From: a virus
Lineage: Duplodnaviria; Caudoviricetes
IMG/VR virus record: IMGVR_UViG_3300020045_002420
Location: 1-33,945 of that record
Reading direction: 5' to 3' (one strand)
DNA: 33,945 bases
Below, piece by piece: positions 9,096 to 16,604 of the stretch. A program made the translations under genes and the position numbers. The notes below the pieces were generated by a model, which saw nothing but the letters and a program-made list of their open reading frames with translations, was not told where the DNA came from and ran no database searches. Within the stretch, counting starts at the first letter, position 1. Every line of letters starts with the position of its first letter.

Positions 9096-9370
9096 CAACA
9101 AAAGAAAAAGCAATTGATTTAGTTTATAAATTTAGCGATTACGCTTTTTATGACCAATCAAAAGATAATGCGTATCAATTTACAGAAACTAGAGAGAGTT
9201 CTAAACAATGTGCATTAATAGCAGTAGAAAACGAATATCATTCGCTTAGAGAGCAGCTTTTTAATTTGCGGTCATGTCATGTGATTGAAAGTGAAAAAGT
9301 TTACTTAGCTAGAATTGATTTTCTTAATCAAGAAGAATCAAAAATCAAAACCGAAATAGAAAACTTATGA
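9092..9370 (+). CDS. Conserved Bacteroidota-phage hypothetical protein
   Basis: MTTKEKAIDLVYKF..SKQCALIAVE..KTEIENL pattern. Confidence 0.65.
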   Translation: MTTKEKAIDLVYKFSDYAFYDQSKDNAYQFTETRESSKQCALIAVENEYHSLREQLFNLRSCHVIESEKVYLARIDFLNQEESKIKTEIENL

Positions 9371-9444
9371 CCACATTGACCCTATTCATAATCTACCTAG
9401 TATGCCTACGTTGGGCGTATCTTAGGACAAAACGCAGCAAATGA
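9367..9444 (+). CDS. 25-aa TM peptide (not in ORF track)
   Basis: MTTLTLFIIYLVCLRWAYLRTKRSK; ATGA overlaps at both ends. Confidence 0.5.
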   Translation: MTTLTLFIIYLVCLRWAYLRTKRSK

Positions 9445-9638
9445 CCGTAGCAGCCTACATCAAAACCAAAGACATACTCCAAAACACTACCCGCCGCCTT
9501 TACCGTGGCAAATGGCAGGCACTTCACAACGGCAAGTGGATTAGTGAAGCAGCATTTAAAGCTATGTACCCGCTACCTACGGTGTTAGGTGGGTGTAAGG
9601 ACAATCCGGATCGAAGGAAATTATATCTATTATCATGA
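9441..9638 (+). CDS. Hypothetical protein
   Basis: ATGA-coupled ORF. Confidence 0.55.
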   Translation: MTVAAYIKTKDILQNTTRRLYRGKWQALHNGKWISEAAFKAMYPLPTVLGGCKDNPDRRKLYLLS

Positions 9639-9817
9639 GCTTAAACTATTACGCCAAAGCGTACAAAAACGGACAAGAAATAAGAAGTCAATCACTTGGT
9701 TCACACCCTAAAAATTGGCGCGCTAAAGAGGGTTTAAAGGCATTATTCAACGAGATAAAGCCAATAGCTGCAAAAGATACAAATAACATTTATTACATTG
9801 AAATAACTGCAAAATGA
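9635..9817 (+). CDS. Hypothetical protein
   Basis: ATGA-coupled ORF. Confidence 0.55.
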   Translation: MSLNYYAKAYKNGQEIRSQSLGSHPKNWRAKEGLKALFNEIKPIAAKDTNNIYYIEITAK

Positions 9818-10329
9818 TACCACTAAACACAGGAACGCAACGATCCAAAATAAAAGAATGGATTAGACTTTATACTAAACGACTTGAAACGTATAAGGCA
9901 AAATACGGCGAAAAGTCATTTAAGTATAAGCACCATAAAAGCCTAATAAGCCATAAAATAAAGGAATGGGAAAAGTTATTGGTAACTACTGAAAACCATC
10001 CTAGAAAAGCCGCTATTGCAAAGAAAATAATATCTAGGACTGAATACGCACACGGCGTTAAAATATTCGGTCAACTAAAAAAAGGCGGTTACCAGCAAGT
10101 GACTGAAAATTTACCTTGTCATTTTGTTTGCAAATACCTAGTTGAAGCATCTTTAATTATTGTTAGTCATAAGCCATTAGGAATTGGCCGGGATGCGGTT
10201 TATAATCGTAGGGCCAAAATAAATAAATGGCTGCAAGAATCAGACGCAAATAGAAAGCAATACACCGATTATAAGAAATCCATGGACGCTTATGTTAATA
10301 CAATATCTGCAACACTATTGCAAAAATAA
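9814..10329 (+). CDS. Basic hypothetical protein
   Basis: ATGA-coupled, Lys-rich 171-aa ORF. Confidence 0.6.
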   Translation: MIPLNTGTQRSKIKEWIRLYTKRLETYKAKYGEKSFKYKHHKSLISHKIKEWEKLLVTTENHPRKAAIAKKIISRTEYAHGVKIFGQLKKGGYQQVTENLPCHFVCKYLVEASLIIVSHKPLGIGRDAVYNRRAKINKWLQESDANRKQYTDYKKSMDAYVNTISATLLQK

Positions 10330-10379
10330 ATTTTTACGGTAATTAATTAACGCATACTTTTATAAAAACAAACACTATG
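10308..10379 (+). promoter_or_regulatory. Early promoter 3
   Basis: TGCAACACTATTGCA 10308-10322, CGGTAA-N4-TTAACG 10337-10352, TACTTTTA 10355-10362, AAACACTATG 10370-10379. Confidence 0.75.
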
Positions 10380-10937
10380 AATCGTTCTGAAACTATTACC
10401 AAACTAGCCGCATCCCTAGTAAAAGCGCAGTCCGAAATGGGCAACGCGGTAAAGGATGCAAATAACCCATTTTTTAAGTCAAAGTATGCGGACCTTAACA
10501 GTGTTAGGGAAGCATCATTGCCCATCCTCAACAAGAATGGTATTAGCGTTATTCAGCCTACTTGTGTAGTGGATAGCATTAACTATGTAGAAACAATCCT
10601 ATTGCACGAATCTGGCGAGTTTATTAGCAGCTTGACGCAGATAGTAGCAGCCAAGCCAAATGACGCTCAATCGCATGGCAGTGGCCTTAGTTACGCTAGA
10701 CGCTACGCATTGCAAAGTATCTGCAATATTGGTGCGGAAGATGATGACGCAAATAAGGCCGTAGGAAATAAACCAATTGATCCGAGCGCAACAGTTGCAG
10801 CGATTGAAGCTGCAAAGTCTAGGGTAGAACTAGAAAAGGTTTGGGGTACATTGGACGCTCCAACCAGGTGTAATGAATTAGTAGTGGCGGCCTTTAAAAA
10901 AGGTGCTGAAAAATTTCCATCTGAAAAGAAAAAGTAG
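10377..10937 (+). CDS. erf: ERF-family single-strand annealing recombinase
   Basis: LVKAQSEM..KDANNPFFKSKYADLNSV..TILLHESGEFI..QSHGSGLSYARRYAL..EDDDAN. Confidence 0.92.
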   Translation: MNRSETITKLAASLVKAQSEMGNAVKDANNPFFKSKYADLNSVREASLPILNKNGISVIQPTCVVDSINYVETILLHESGEFISSLTQIVAAKPNDAQSHGSGLSYARRYALQSICNIGAEDDDANKAVGNKPIDPSATVAAIEAAKSRVELEKVWGTLDAPTRCNELVVAAFKKGAEKFPSEKKK

Positions 10938-11041
10938 TAACTTAGCCTAAGCGTCTGGAAGCGCGATTATTAACTTATTTGGGCTATCACTTTATAAATG
11001 TCTTCCAGCATTTATCTTGTTTTAGCCCATTTTTTATTATG
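10938..11041 (+). ncRNA. Structured 5' leader with kissing-loop hairpins (copy A)
   Basis: TAACTTAG 10938-10945; CTGGAAG 10955-10961 is complementary to loop CTTCCAG 11002-11008 of hairpin 10980-11029; T-run then ATG 11039. Confidence 0.55.
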
Positions 11042-11521
11042 AAACCTGTTAATTATTTAGGCCGTTATCTAGTTTATCCAAATGGTAAAATTTACAGTAT
11101 TTGGTATAAAAGATTTTTAAAAGATTTGATTAATGATAAAGGTTATTGCAAAATTGATATTTGCATAAACAATAAAAAAACAACATCATTAGTGCATAGG
11201 ATTATAGCTGAATGCTGGATTGAAAATGTTGACAATAAATTAGAAGTTAATCATATTAACGGCGTTAAATCAGATAACAGGATTGAGAATTTAGAATGGT
11301 GTACAAGGACAGAAAATAATCGACACGCATGGAAAACAGGACTAAGCAAAAGTTCTGAAAAGCAGCGATTGTCTGCAAGTAAATTAGTATTGAATACTCA
11401 AACAGGAATATTTTATAATTCAGCCAAAGAAGCATCTAAAACTATTGGCATGAAATATTCTACCTTTAAAAATAAATTGAACAATTATCACCCTAACGAT
11501 ACAAACTTTATTTATGCCTAA
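11039..11521 (+). CDS. HNH homing endonuclease (free-standing)
   Basis: LVHRIIAECWIEN..VNHINGVKSDNRIENLEWCT..ENNRHA; C-terminal VLNTQTGIFYNSAKEA. Confidence 0.9.
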   Translation: MKPVNYLGRYLVYPNGKIYSIWYKRFLKDLINDKGYCKIDICINNKKTTSLVHRIIAECWIENVDNKLEVNHINGVKSDNRIENLEWCTRTENNRHAWKTGLSKSSEKQRLSASKLVLNTQTGIFYNSAKEASKTIGMKYSTFKNKLNNYHPNDTNFIYA

Positions 11522-11729
11522 CCTAGACCCCATCCAACAACACCACATAGAGAACTACGGCCTACACCAAGCGCAGCCGTTAGCATCAGCACGCAGCGCA
11601 GCGGGGGAACGCGCAAAGGAATATAACGACCACTGCCAGCGGATGGAAGCTGACCCAGAGTATAGGATGAAATGGGAGCAGCGTGAGAAAGACATGGAAG
11701 AAGCTAAAAAACGTAATTACTACTACTAA
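11514..11729 (+). CDS. Hypothetical protein
   Basis: 8-nt overlap with the HNH stop. Confidence 0.55.
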   Translation: MPNLDPIQQHHIENYGLHQAQPLASARSAAGERAKEYNDHCQRMEADPEYRMKWEQREKDMEEAKKRNYYY

Positions 11730-11740
11730 AAATATAATTT

Positions 11741-11989
11741 ATGAGAGTACTTTGTATTGATGCAAGTAATCACCCAAGTTCAAAAGCACCTTGCGATTTA
11801 GTTGAAGGTCAAATTTATACTGTAATTAGCGAAGATGAAGCAATAGACGTTTATGGAAAAATAGAAATGTGCTATTCTTTAGAAGGTACAGATCAATTTT
11901 ATGCTTACGCTAAAAGCCATTTTATTCCAGTATCTGATATTGACGAAACAGAAATGGTAAGAGAACTACAAACTGTAAAGCAAGACTAA
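11741..11989 (+). CDS. Hypothetical protein
   Basis: MRVLCIDAS..LVEGQIYTVI..F.P pattern; operon packing. Confidence 0.6.
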   Translation: MRVLCIDASNHPSSKAPCDLVEGQIYTVISEDEAIDVYGKIEMCYSLEGTDQFYAYAKSHFIPVSDIDETEMVRELQTVKQD

Positions 11990-12204
11990 TGCATTACGAA
12001 ACCGCAGCCCAATACCGCCGCGACCTGCATCGCGAAGTCAACAACGCGCTTGACATAGTGCCACATGATACTTTGTTCCGTCAACAATTGTACAAGTCAA
12101 TTTGCAGCATTGCGCACTCACTGCCGTTGGATGTGGCGGAACGCATCAGAAGCGAAGTATTTGAAATGGTAAACAATAAACTAAAACCAATAAACAATAA
12201 CTAA
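11989..12204 (+). CDS. Hypothetical protein
   Basis: TAATG coupling to the upstream gene. Confidence 0.55.
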   Translation: MHYETAAQYRRDLHREVNNALDIVPHDTLFRQQLYKSICSIAHSLPLDVAERIRSEVFEMVNNKLKPINNN

Positions 12205-12205
12205 A

Positions 12206-12460
12206 ATGAGTTACGCATCACAATTAAAAGAAATGGCAGTTCCTGCCCCGCATGACATTTCAAAAGATGTTGCATTGTCAATATTTAATGGCTATGCTCA
12301 TCATGACCACATTAAAATAGTAAAGGATTTAATTACTGAATTACTAAGGCTTAGGTATGAAAGTGAAAAAGAAGCATCAAGTACCTTATCGCGATTGACA
12401 GAAGAACATGATACTATCTGCAAGGGCAATGCATATTTACACAATTTAAACAACCAATAA
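12206..12460 (+). CDS. Hypothetical protein
   Basis: Operon packing. Confidence 0.55.
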   Translation: MSYASQLKEMAVPAPHDISKDVALSIFNGYAHHDHIKIVKDLITELLRLRYESEKEASSTLSRLTEEHDTICKGNAYLHNLNNQ

Positions 12461-12470
12461 ACAACACAAA

Positions 12471-12770
12471 ATGAGCGACAACAAGCTACCCGAAGGGATT
12501 AGGTATTTCGAGAAACACGCTAACGCCCCCGACTTTGTAATTGATTCGTTAGTCATTACAATTGATGACCTCAACGCATTCGTACAAAACAACCCCGATG
12601 TACTTACGGAGTATCAAGGTAAGAAACAACTTAAGCTGCAAAGGCTACGATCAAAACAAGGAAAGATTTATTTGTCTGTTGACACTTTCCAACCACAGGC
12701 GCAGCAACAGGCAGCACCATCCAACAACGGCAACCCTGGCGCAGATGAAATCGGCGATCTTCCATTCTAA
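12471..12770 (+). CDS. Putative single-stranded DNA-binding protein
   Basis: Short beta domain, Q/A/N-rich linker, acidic tail ending GDLPF; same operon region as ERF. Confidence 0.7.
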   Translation: MSDNKLPEGIRYFEKHANAPDFVIDSLVITIDDLNAFVQNNPDVLTEYQGKKQLKLQRLRSKQGKIYLSVDTFQPQAQQQAAPSNNGNPGADEIGDLPF

Positions 12771-12889
12771 CCTTACCACTCGATTGGTCAGACGAGCCTA
12801 ATATGAAGACCACAAGGGCCGGTACACTAACAATGTTCTAGGGTAAAGAATGACTAGCCGGCCCTTTAACTTTTAAAAACACAAACACT

Positions 12890-14185
12890 ATGAAGAAATA
12901 TACAGAAGTAAATGTTTATGATGCAGCCGTAAAACGGATTGACTTCATATTTAAAAACTTTGAGCGCATTTATTTGTCATTTTCAGGTGGTAAGGATAGC
13001 GGAGTTATGCTTAACCTTACACTTGAGTATATGAGAAAGCATGATATAAAAAACAAGATTGGAATAATGGTATTAGACAATGAAGCTAACTACGATTATT
13101 CTCTTGAATTTATGCACTCAATACTAGAAAAAAACCTTGATCTATTGGATGTGTATTGGTGTTCCCTTCCAATTACTTTGCCATGTACTGTGAGTGCATA
13201 CGCAACAGAATGGCAGTGCTGGGGTGTTAATGATGAAAAAAGATGGATAAGGCCAATGGGAAAACAACCGTATGTTGTGAATATGCAAAATTGCCCTTTT
13301 GACTTCTTTGAAGAAAATATGTCTTACGATGAATTTTGGGATAAGTTTGGGGATTGGTACGGTCAAGGGAAAAGAACGGCTTGTCTAATTGGAATTAGGG
13401 CCGATGAAAGCCTTAACCGATTTAGAGCCATCATGAATGACAGAAAGGAAACTTTACACGGTCAAATGTGGACTAAAAAGAACACTAAAATAGTTTACAA
13501 TTGCTACCCTATTTATGACTGGAAAACAGAAGATATTTGGGTTGCAAATGGCAAATTTGAATGGGAGTACAATGAATTGTATGATATTTTTTGGAAAGCT
13601 GGCTTATCTATACACCAAATGCGTGTTGCCTCACCATTTATGAGTGAATCAAAAAGCAGTCTTAATCTTTACCGCGTTATTGATCCTCACGTTTGGCAAA
13701 CATTATGCGCTAGGGTACAAGGTGCTAACTTTATTGCCACTTATGGCAAGCAGCTAACATATCATTCCTACAAACTACCTGAAGGTCATACCTGGAAGAG
13801 CTTTGTTAAGTTCCTTTTAGATACTCTCCCTAAAGAGGTTGCAGAAAATTTTAAGATGCGCTTTATCCAATCATTCAAATATTGGGGTAGGGTAGGGCGC
13901 GGATTAAGTGAAAAAACCATAAAAGAACTAAGAGAAAATGGCATCCATTTTTACGAAAATGGCAAAACCGTTCACGGCGGCAAAACAAAAACAAGGGTTG
14001 TGATAAAATCATATCCAGACCATTTGGATATGCTTTCTTGTGGCAACGGAGAGGTAGCTAGTTGGAAAAGGTTTGCAATAACTATCCTTAAAAATGACCA
14101 TACTTGTAAGTATATGGGATTGGCTCCAACTAAAGAGCAAGCCGTTAGGCAACGTCAAATAATGGAAAAGTATAAAGATTTATAA
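12890..14185 (+). CDS. ibrA: IbrA/YbdN-like PP-loop (PAPS reductase-like) protein with DUF3440 C-terminal domain
   Basis: YLSFSGGKDSGV, LDNEA, IGIRADESLNRF, YPIYDWKTEDIW, QMRVASPF, ARVQGANF, SWKRFAITILKND. Confidence 0.9.
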   Translation: MKKYTEVNVYDAAVKRIDFIFKNFERIYLSFSGGKDSGVMLNLTLEYMRKHDIKNKIGIMVLDNEANYDYSLEFMHSILEKNLDLLDVYWCSLPITLPCTVSAYATEWQCWGVNDEKRWIRPMGKQPYVVNMQNCPFDFFEENMSYDEFWDKFGDWYGQGKRTACLIGIRADESLNRFRAIMNDRKETLHGQMWTKKNTKIVYNCYPIYDWKTEDIWVANGKFEWEYNELYDIFWKAGLSIHQMRVASPFMSESKSSLNLYRVIDPHVWQTLCARVQGANFIATYGKQLTYHSYKLPEGHTWKSFVKFLLDTLPKEVAENFKMRFIQSFKYWGRVGRGLSEKTIKELRENGIHFYENGKTVHGGKTKTRVVIKSYPDHLDMLSCGNGEVASWKRFAITILKNDHTCKYMGLAPTKEQAVRQRQIMEKYKDL

Positions 14186-14191
14186 AATAAA

Positions 14192-14247
14192 TTTGTTCGG
14201 TAAAAAATTACCGCTTACATTTAATAAACAAAAAAACAAACACTATG
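14192..14247 (+). promoter_or_regulatory. Internal promoter for the ectC-like gene with perfect operator CGGTAA-AAAA-TTACCG
   Basis: TTTG 14192-14195, operator 14198-14213, TACATTTA 14216-14223, AAACACTATG 14238-14247. Confidence 0.75.
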
Positions 14248-14745
14248 AAAATTGTAAGAATTAACGAGTTAATCGACACAGAAAGGGAAGTAAAAGGTAT
14301 TGGCTTTACAAGCATTAGAGCCTTACTTAAAAAAGACAACATGGGTTTTTCAATGCACAAGACTATAATCCCTAAAGGTGGCCCTTATAATTGGCATTAC
14401 AAAAACCATCTTGAAGCATGCTATTGTATCAAAGGTTCAGGGATTGTTACGGAAGTTAGCACCGGAATTAGTACATTAATTACAACTGATGTAGTTTATG
14501 TATTGGATAACTACGATAACATGACTTTTGAGGCATTGGAAGATGTTGTTTTAATTTCCGTATTCAATCCGCCTGTTACTGGGATGGAAGTACATAAGGA
14601 AGATGGAAGTTATGATCTAGATATTTCAGATTTATTAGAATCAAACAAGACTATTGCGCATGATATTGTTAGGTTTGTAAATGAATCTAGTAATATTTAT
14701 GATGCAGTTGAATACGTAGAATCAATTTTAAACGCTAAAAAATAA
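14245..14745 (+). CDS. ectC: Solitary ectoine-synthase-like cupin with ~40-aa C-terminal extension
   Basis: IVR...TEREV..SIRALLKKDNMGFSMHKT..HYKNHLEACYCIKGSG..YVLD..VFNPPVTGMEVHKEDGSY matches the EctC signature. Confidence 0.88.
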   Translation: MKIVRINELIDTEREVKGIGFTSIRALLKKDNMGFSMHKTIIPKGGPYNWHYKNHLEACYCIKGSGIVTEVSTGISTLITTDVVYVLDNYDNMTFEALEDVVLISVFNPPVTGMEVHKEDGSYDLDISDLLESNKTIAHDIVRFVNESSNIYDAVEYVESILNAKK

Positions 14746-14749
14746 CACT

Positions 14750-15271
14750 ATGTCAGAATTTAAGTCACCAGTTTACAATGTTCTTTGCGTTCACATTGAT
14801 AAAATACAAGCAAATGACTATAACCCAAATAAAGTAGCTCCTCCTGAAATGGCATTGCTAGAAACTTCTATTTGGGAAGATGGATACACTCAGCCAGTAG
14901 TAACGTTTTATGACAAAGAAAACGACAAATATATTGTTGTAGATGGGTTCCACAGGTATTCAATTCTAAAAACTAGCAAACGAATTTTTGATCGTGAAAA
15001 TGGGATGCTTCCAGTAGTTGTTATTGACAAGGAGATTGGCGATAGGATGGCTTCTACCATTAGGCACAATAGGGCTAGAGGTTCGCACAATATTGAACTA
15101 ATGAGTACAATTGTTGCAGAACTTGTAGAAATGGGCAAAGGGGATGCTTGGATATGTAAACACATTGGTATGAGTGCTGATGAATTACTAAGGTTAAAGC
15201 AAATAACCGGATTAGCTTCTTTGTTTGCTAATAATGATTTTTCACAGAGCTGGGAGGCATCCAATGATTAG
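14750..15271 (+). CDS. ibrB: IbrB/YbdM-like ParB/Srx-domain protein
   Basis: ANDYNPNKVAPPEMALLETSIWEDGYTQPVV..VVDGFHRY..RMASTIRHNRARGSH..IGMSADELLRLKQITGL. Confidence 0.92.
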   Translation: MSEFKSPVYNVLCVHIDKIQANDYNPNKVAPPEMALLETSIWEDGYTQPVVTFYDKENDKYIVVDGFHRYSILKTSKRIFDRENGMLPVVVIDKEIGDRMASTIRHNRARGSHNIELMSTIVAELVEMGKGDAWICKHIGMSADELLRLKQITGLASLFANNDFSQSWEASND

Positions 15272-15677
15272 GCAATATGTCCCATATTGGTTATGGGAAG
15301 ACTATTTGAATGGTATGTGGAGTAAATTAGACAAAAACCTAGAAGATGAAATGCTGCAAAAAGCTATTAATTTTACAGGTGATTGGAAAAAATACGGTGA
15401 AGCTATGGGCCAGGTTATCATTGCTTGGCCCAATACCATGATAAATTCTTTAACAAACATTTCAATTAACAGGCGTGCATTTTTAGGACATTGCGCTTGC
15501 TCATATGCTTTTAATTGCCCTGAATATATTACTCGTCAAGCATGGCATTTACTTAGTTTGCAGCAACAAATAGATGCAGATAAAATTGCTCAAGCACATA
15601 TTAATAATTATGAGAAACAAGATAGAAAAATACATTCGAGATTGGGAAAGCAAATGCTATTCGAATGGGATACCTGA
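15264..15677 (+). CDS. Hypothetical protein coupled to ibrB (resembles a domain I recall in phage ParB-like proteins)
   Basis: 8-nt overlap with the ibrB stop; WEDY..WPNT...LTNISINRRAFLGHCAC..RQAWHLLS.QQQIDAD. Confidence 0.65.
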   Translation: MIRQYVPYWLWEDYLNGMWSKLDKNLEDEMLQKAINFTGDWKKYGEAMGQVIIAWPNTMINSLTNISINRRAFLGHCACSYAFNCPEYITRQAWHLLSLQQQIDADKIAQAHINNYEKQDRKIHSRLGKQMLFEWDT

Positions 15678-15870
15678 TGAAGTTCCAAATGAAATAGATC
15701 ATCTTGTCCCATCTTATAAAAGAATATGTTTTGCAATCTTAAAAAATGATTACCCATTAAAAACATTAGGGTTTTCAGAAACAAAATGTGAATCTTATAA
15801 TTTACTTAAAAGAATAGAAATAAGTGCTAGACCGACAACTAAAGCAATTCAGTTAAGATTATTTAGATGA
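15610..15870 (+). CDS. Stand-alone DUF3440-like domain protein
   Basis: RNKIEKYIRDW..GIPDEVP..PSYKRICFAILKNDYPLKTLGFS parallels the IbrA C-terminus ASWKRFAITILKNDHTCKYMGLA. Confidence 0.7.
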   Translation: MRNKIEKYIRDWESKCYSNGIPDEVPNEIDHLVPSYKRICFAILKNDYPLKTLGFSETKCESYNLLKRIEISARPTTKAIQLRLFR

Positions 15871-16082
15871 AAAAAGTTTCTTTATATAATCATAGAGCAG
15901 CAACCAATGGTACTAACCCATTAATCCCTAACATTGTTTACAAATCTTTACTACATTTATTGTCCGTTAAAGATTATACCGCCTGTGATTATATCATTCA
16001 AAACTATTCTTTAACCGATTATCAAAGGAATTTATATGACACCCAAAGAACGCTACAACGCCGCCCACAAATACAACTTTGA
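15867..16082 (+). CDS. Hypothetical protein
   Basis: ATGA-coupled ORF. Confidence 0.45.
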   Translation: MKKVSLYNHRAATNGTNPLIPNIVYKSLLHLLSVKDYTACDYIIQNYSLTDYQRNLYDTQRTLQRRPQIQL

Positions 16083-16494
16083 GCGAACATATCCGCAGGC
16101 ATGGAAGGACGGACACTATGCGCCACCGCCTTATCCAAAAGTCAACACCGCCAACGGGCTCACAAAGTTTATTTGTAACTTTCTTATGTGGCACGAACAC
16201 CGCGCAACAAGGATTAACAGTACAGGTAGATTGATTGACGGACTAGAGAAACAACCAAGCGGGGCAATACTTACCACAAAGAAATGGATACCAGGTAGCA
16301 CGCGCAAAGGGACGGCGGATATTTCCGCAACTATAAAAGGTAGATCAGTGATGCTAGAAATTAAAATTGGCAAAGACCGTGCTTCCCCTTACCAGATAGC
16401 TGAGCAAGAACGCGAGCGCAAAGCGGGGGGATGTTATGAGTTTATTAGTACACCTGAGCAGTTTTTTGTGCTGTATGACAGTTTAATTTCGTAA
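16036..16494 (+). CDS. VRR-NUC/PD-(D/E)xK nuclease (Holliday junction resolvase-like)
   Basis: KGTADISATIKGRSVMLEIKIGKDRASPYQ....ERKAGGCY. Confidence 0.8.
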   Translation: MTPKERYNAAHKYNFERTYPQAWKDGHYAPPPYPKVNTANGLTKFICNFLMWHEHRATRINSTGRLIDGLEKQPSGAILTTKKWIPGSTRKGTADISATIKGRSVMLEIKIGKDRASPYQIAEQERERKAGGCYEFISTPEQFFVLYDSLIS

Positions 16495-16604
16495 CTTTGT
16501 ATGAGCAATCCCATTACATTTGACGGAATGAAATGGGTTTAATAATCCTTTAAAAGGGGGTGCAAATGTCCGTCAACATTTCATCCCTTTTTTTTATTAT
16601 TATG
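16492..16604 (+). ncRNA. Structured 5' leader with kissing-loop hairpins (copy B)
   Basis: TAACTTTG 16492-16499; hairpin 16510-16537 loop TTGACGGA; hairpin 16552-16592 loop TCCGTCAA (exact complement); T-run; ATG 16602. Confidence 0.65.

Noticed and set aside
7726-14185. Canonical Dnd/Ssp phosphorothioation locus or type IV-B CRISPR CysH
   Set aside because: No recognisable dndD/E, sspB/C/E, cysteine desulfurase or csf genes
14245-14745. Complete ectoine biosynthesis (osmoprotection) pathway
   Set aside because: No ectA, ectB, ectD or ask genes anywhere in the genome, and the metal-site residues appear altered
14750-15271. ParB plasmid-partition system
   Set aside because: The sequence is IbrB/YbdM-type and no ParA ATPase is present
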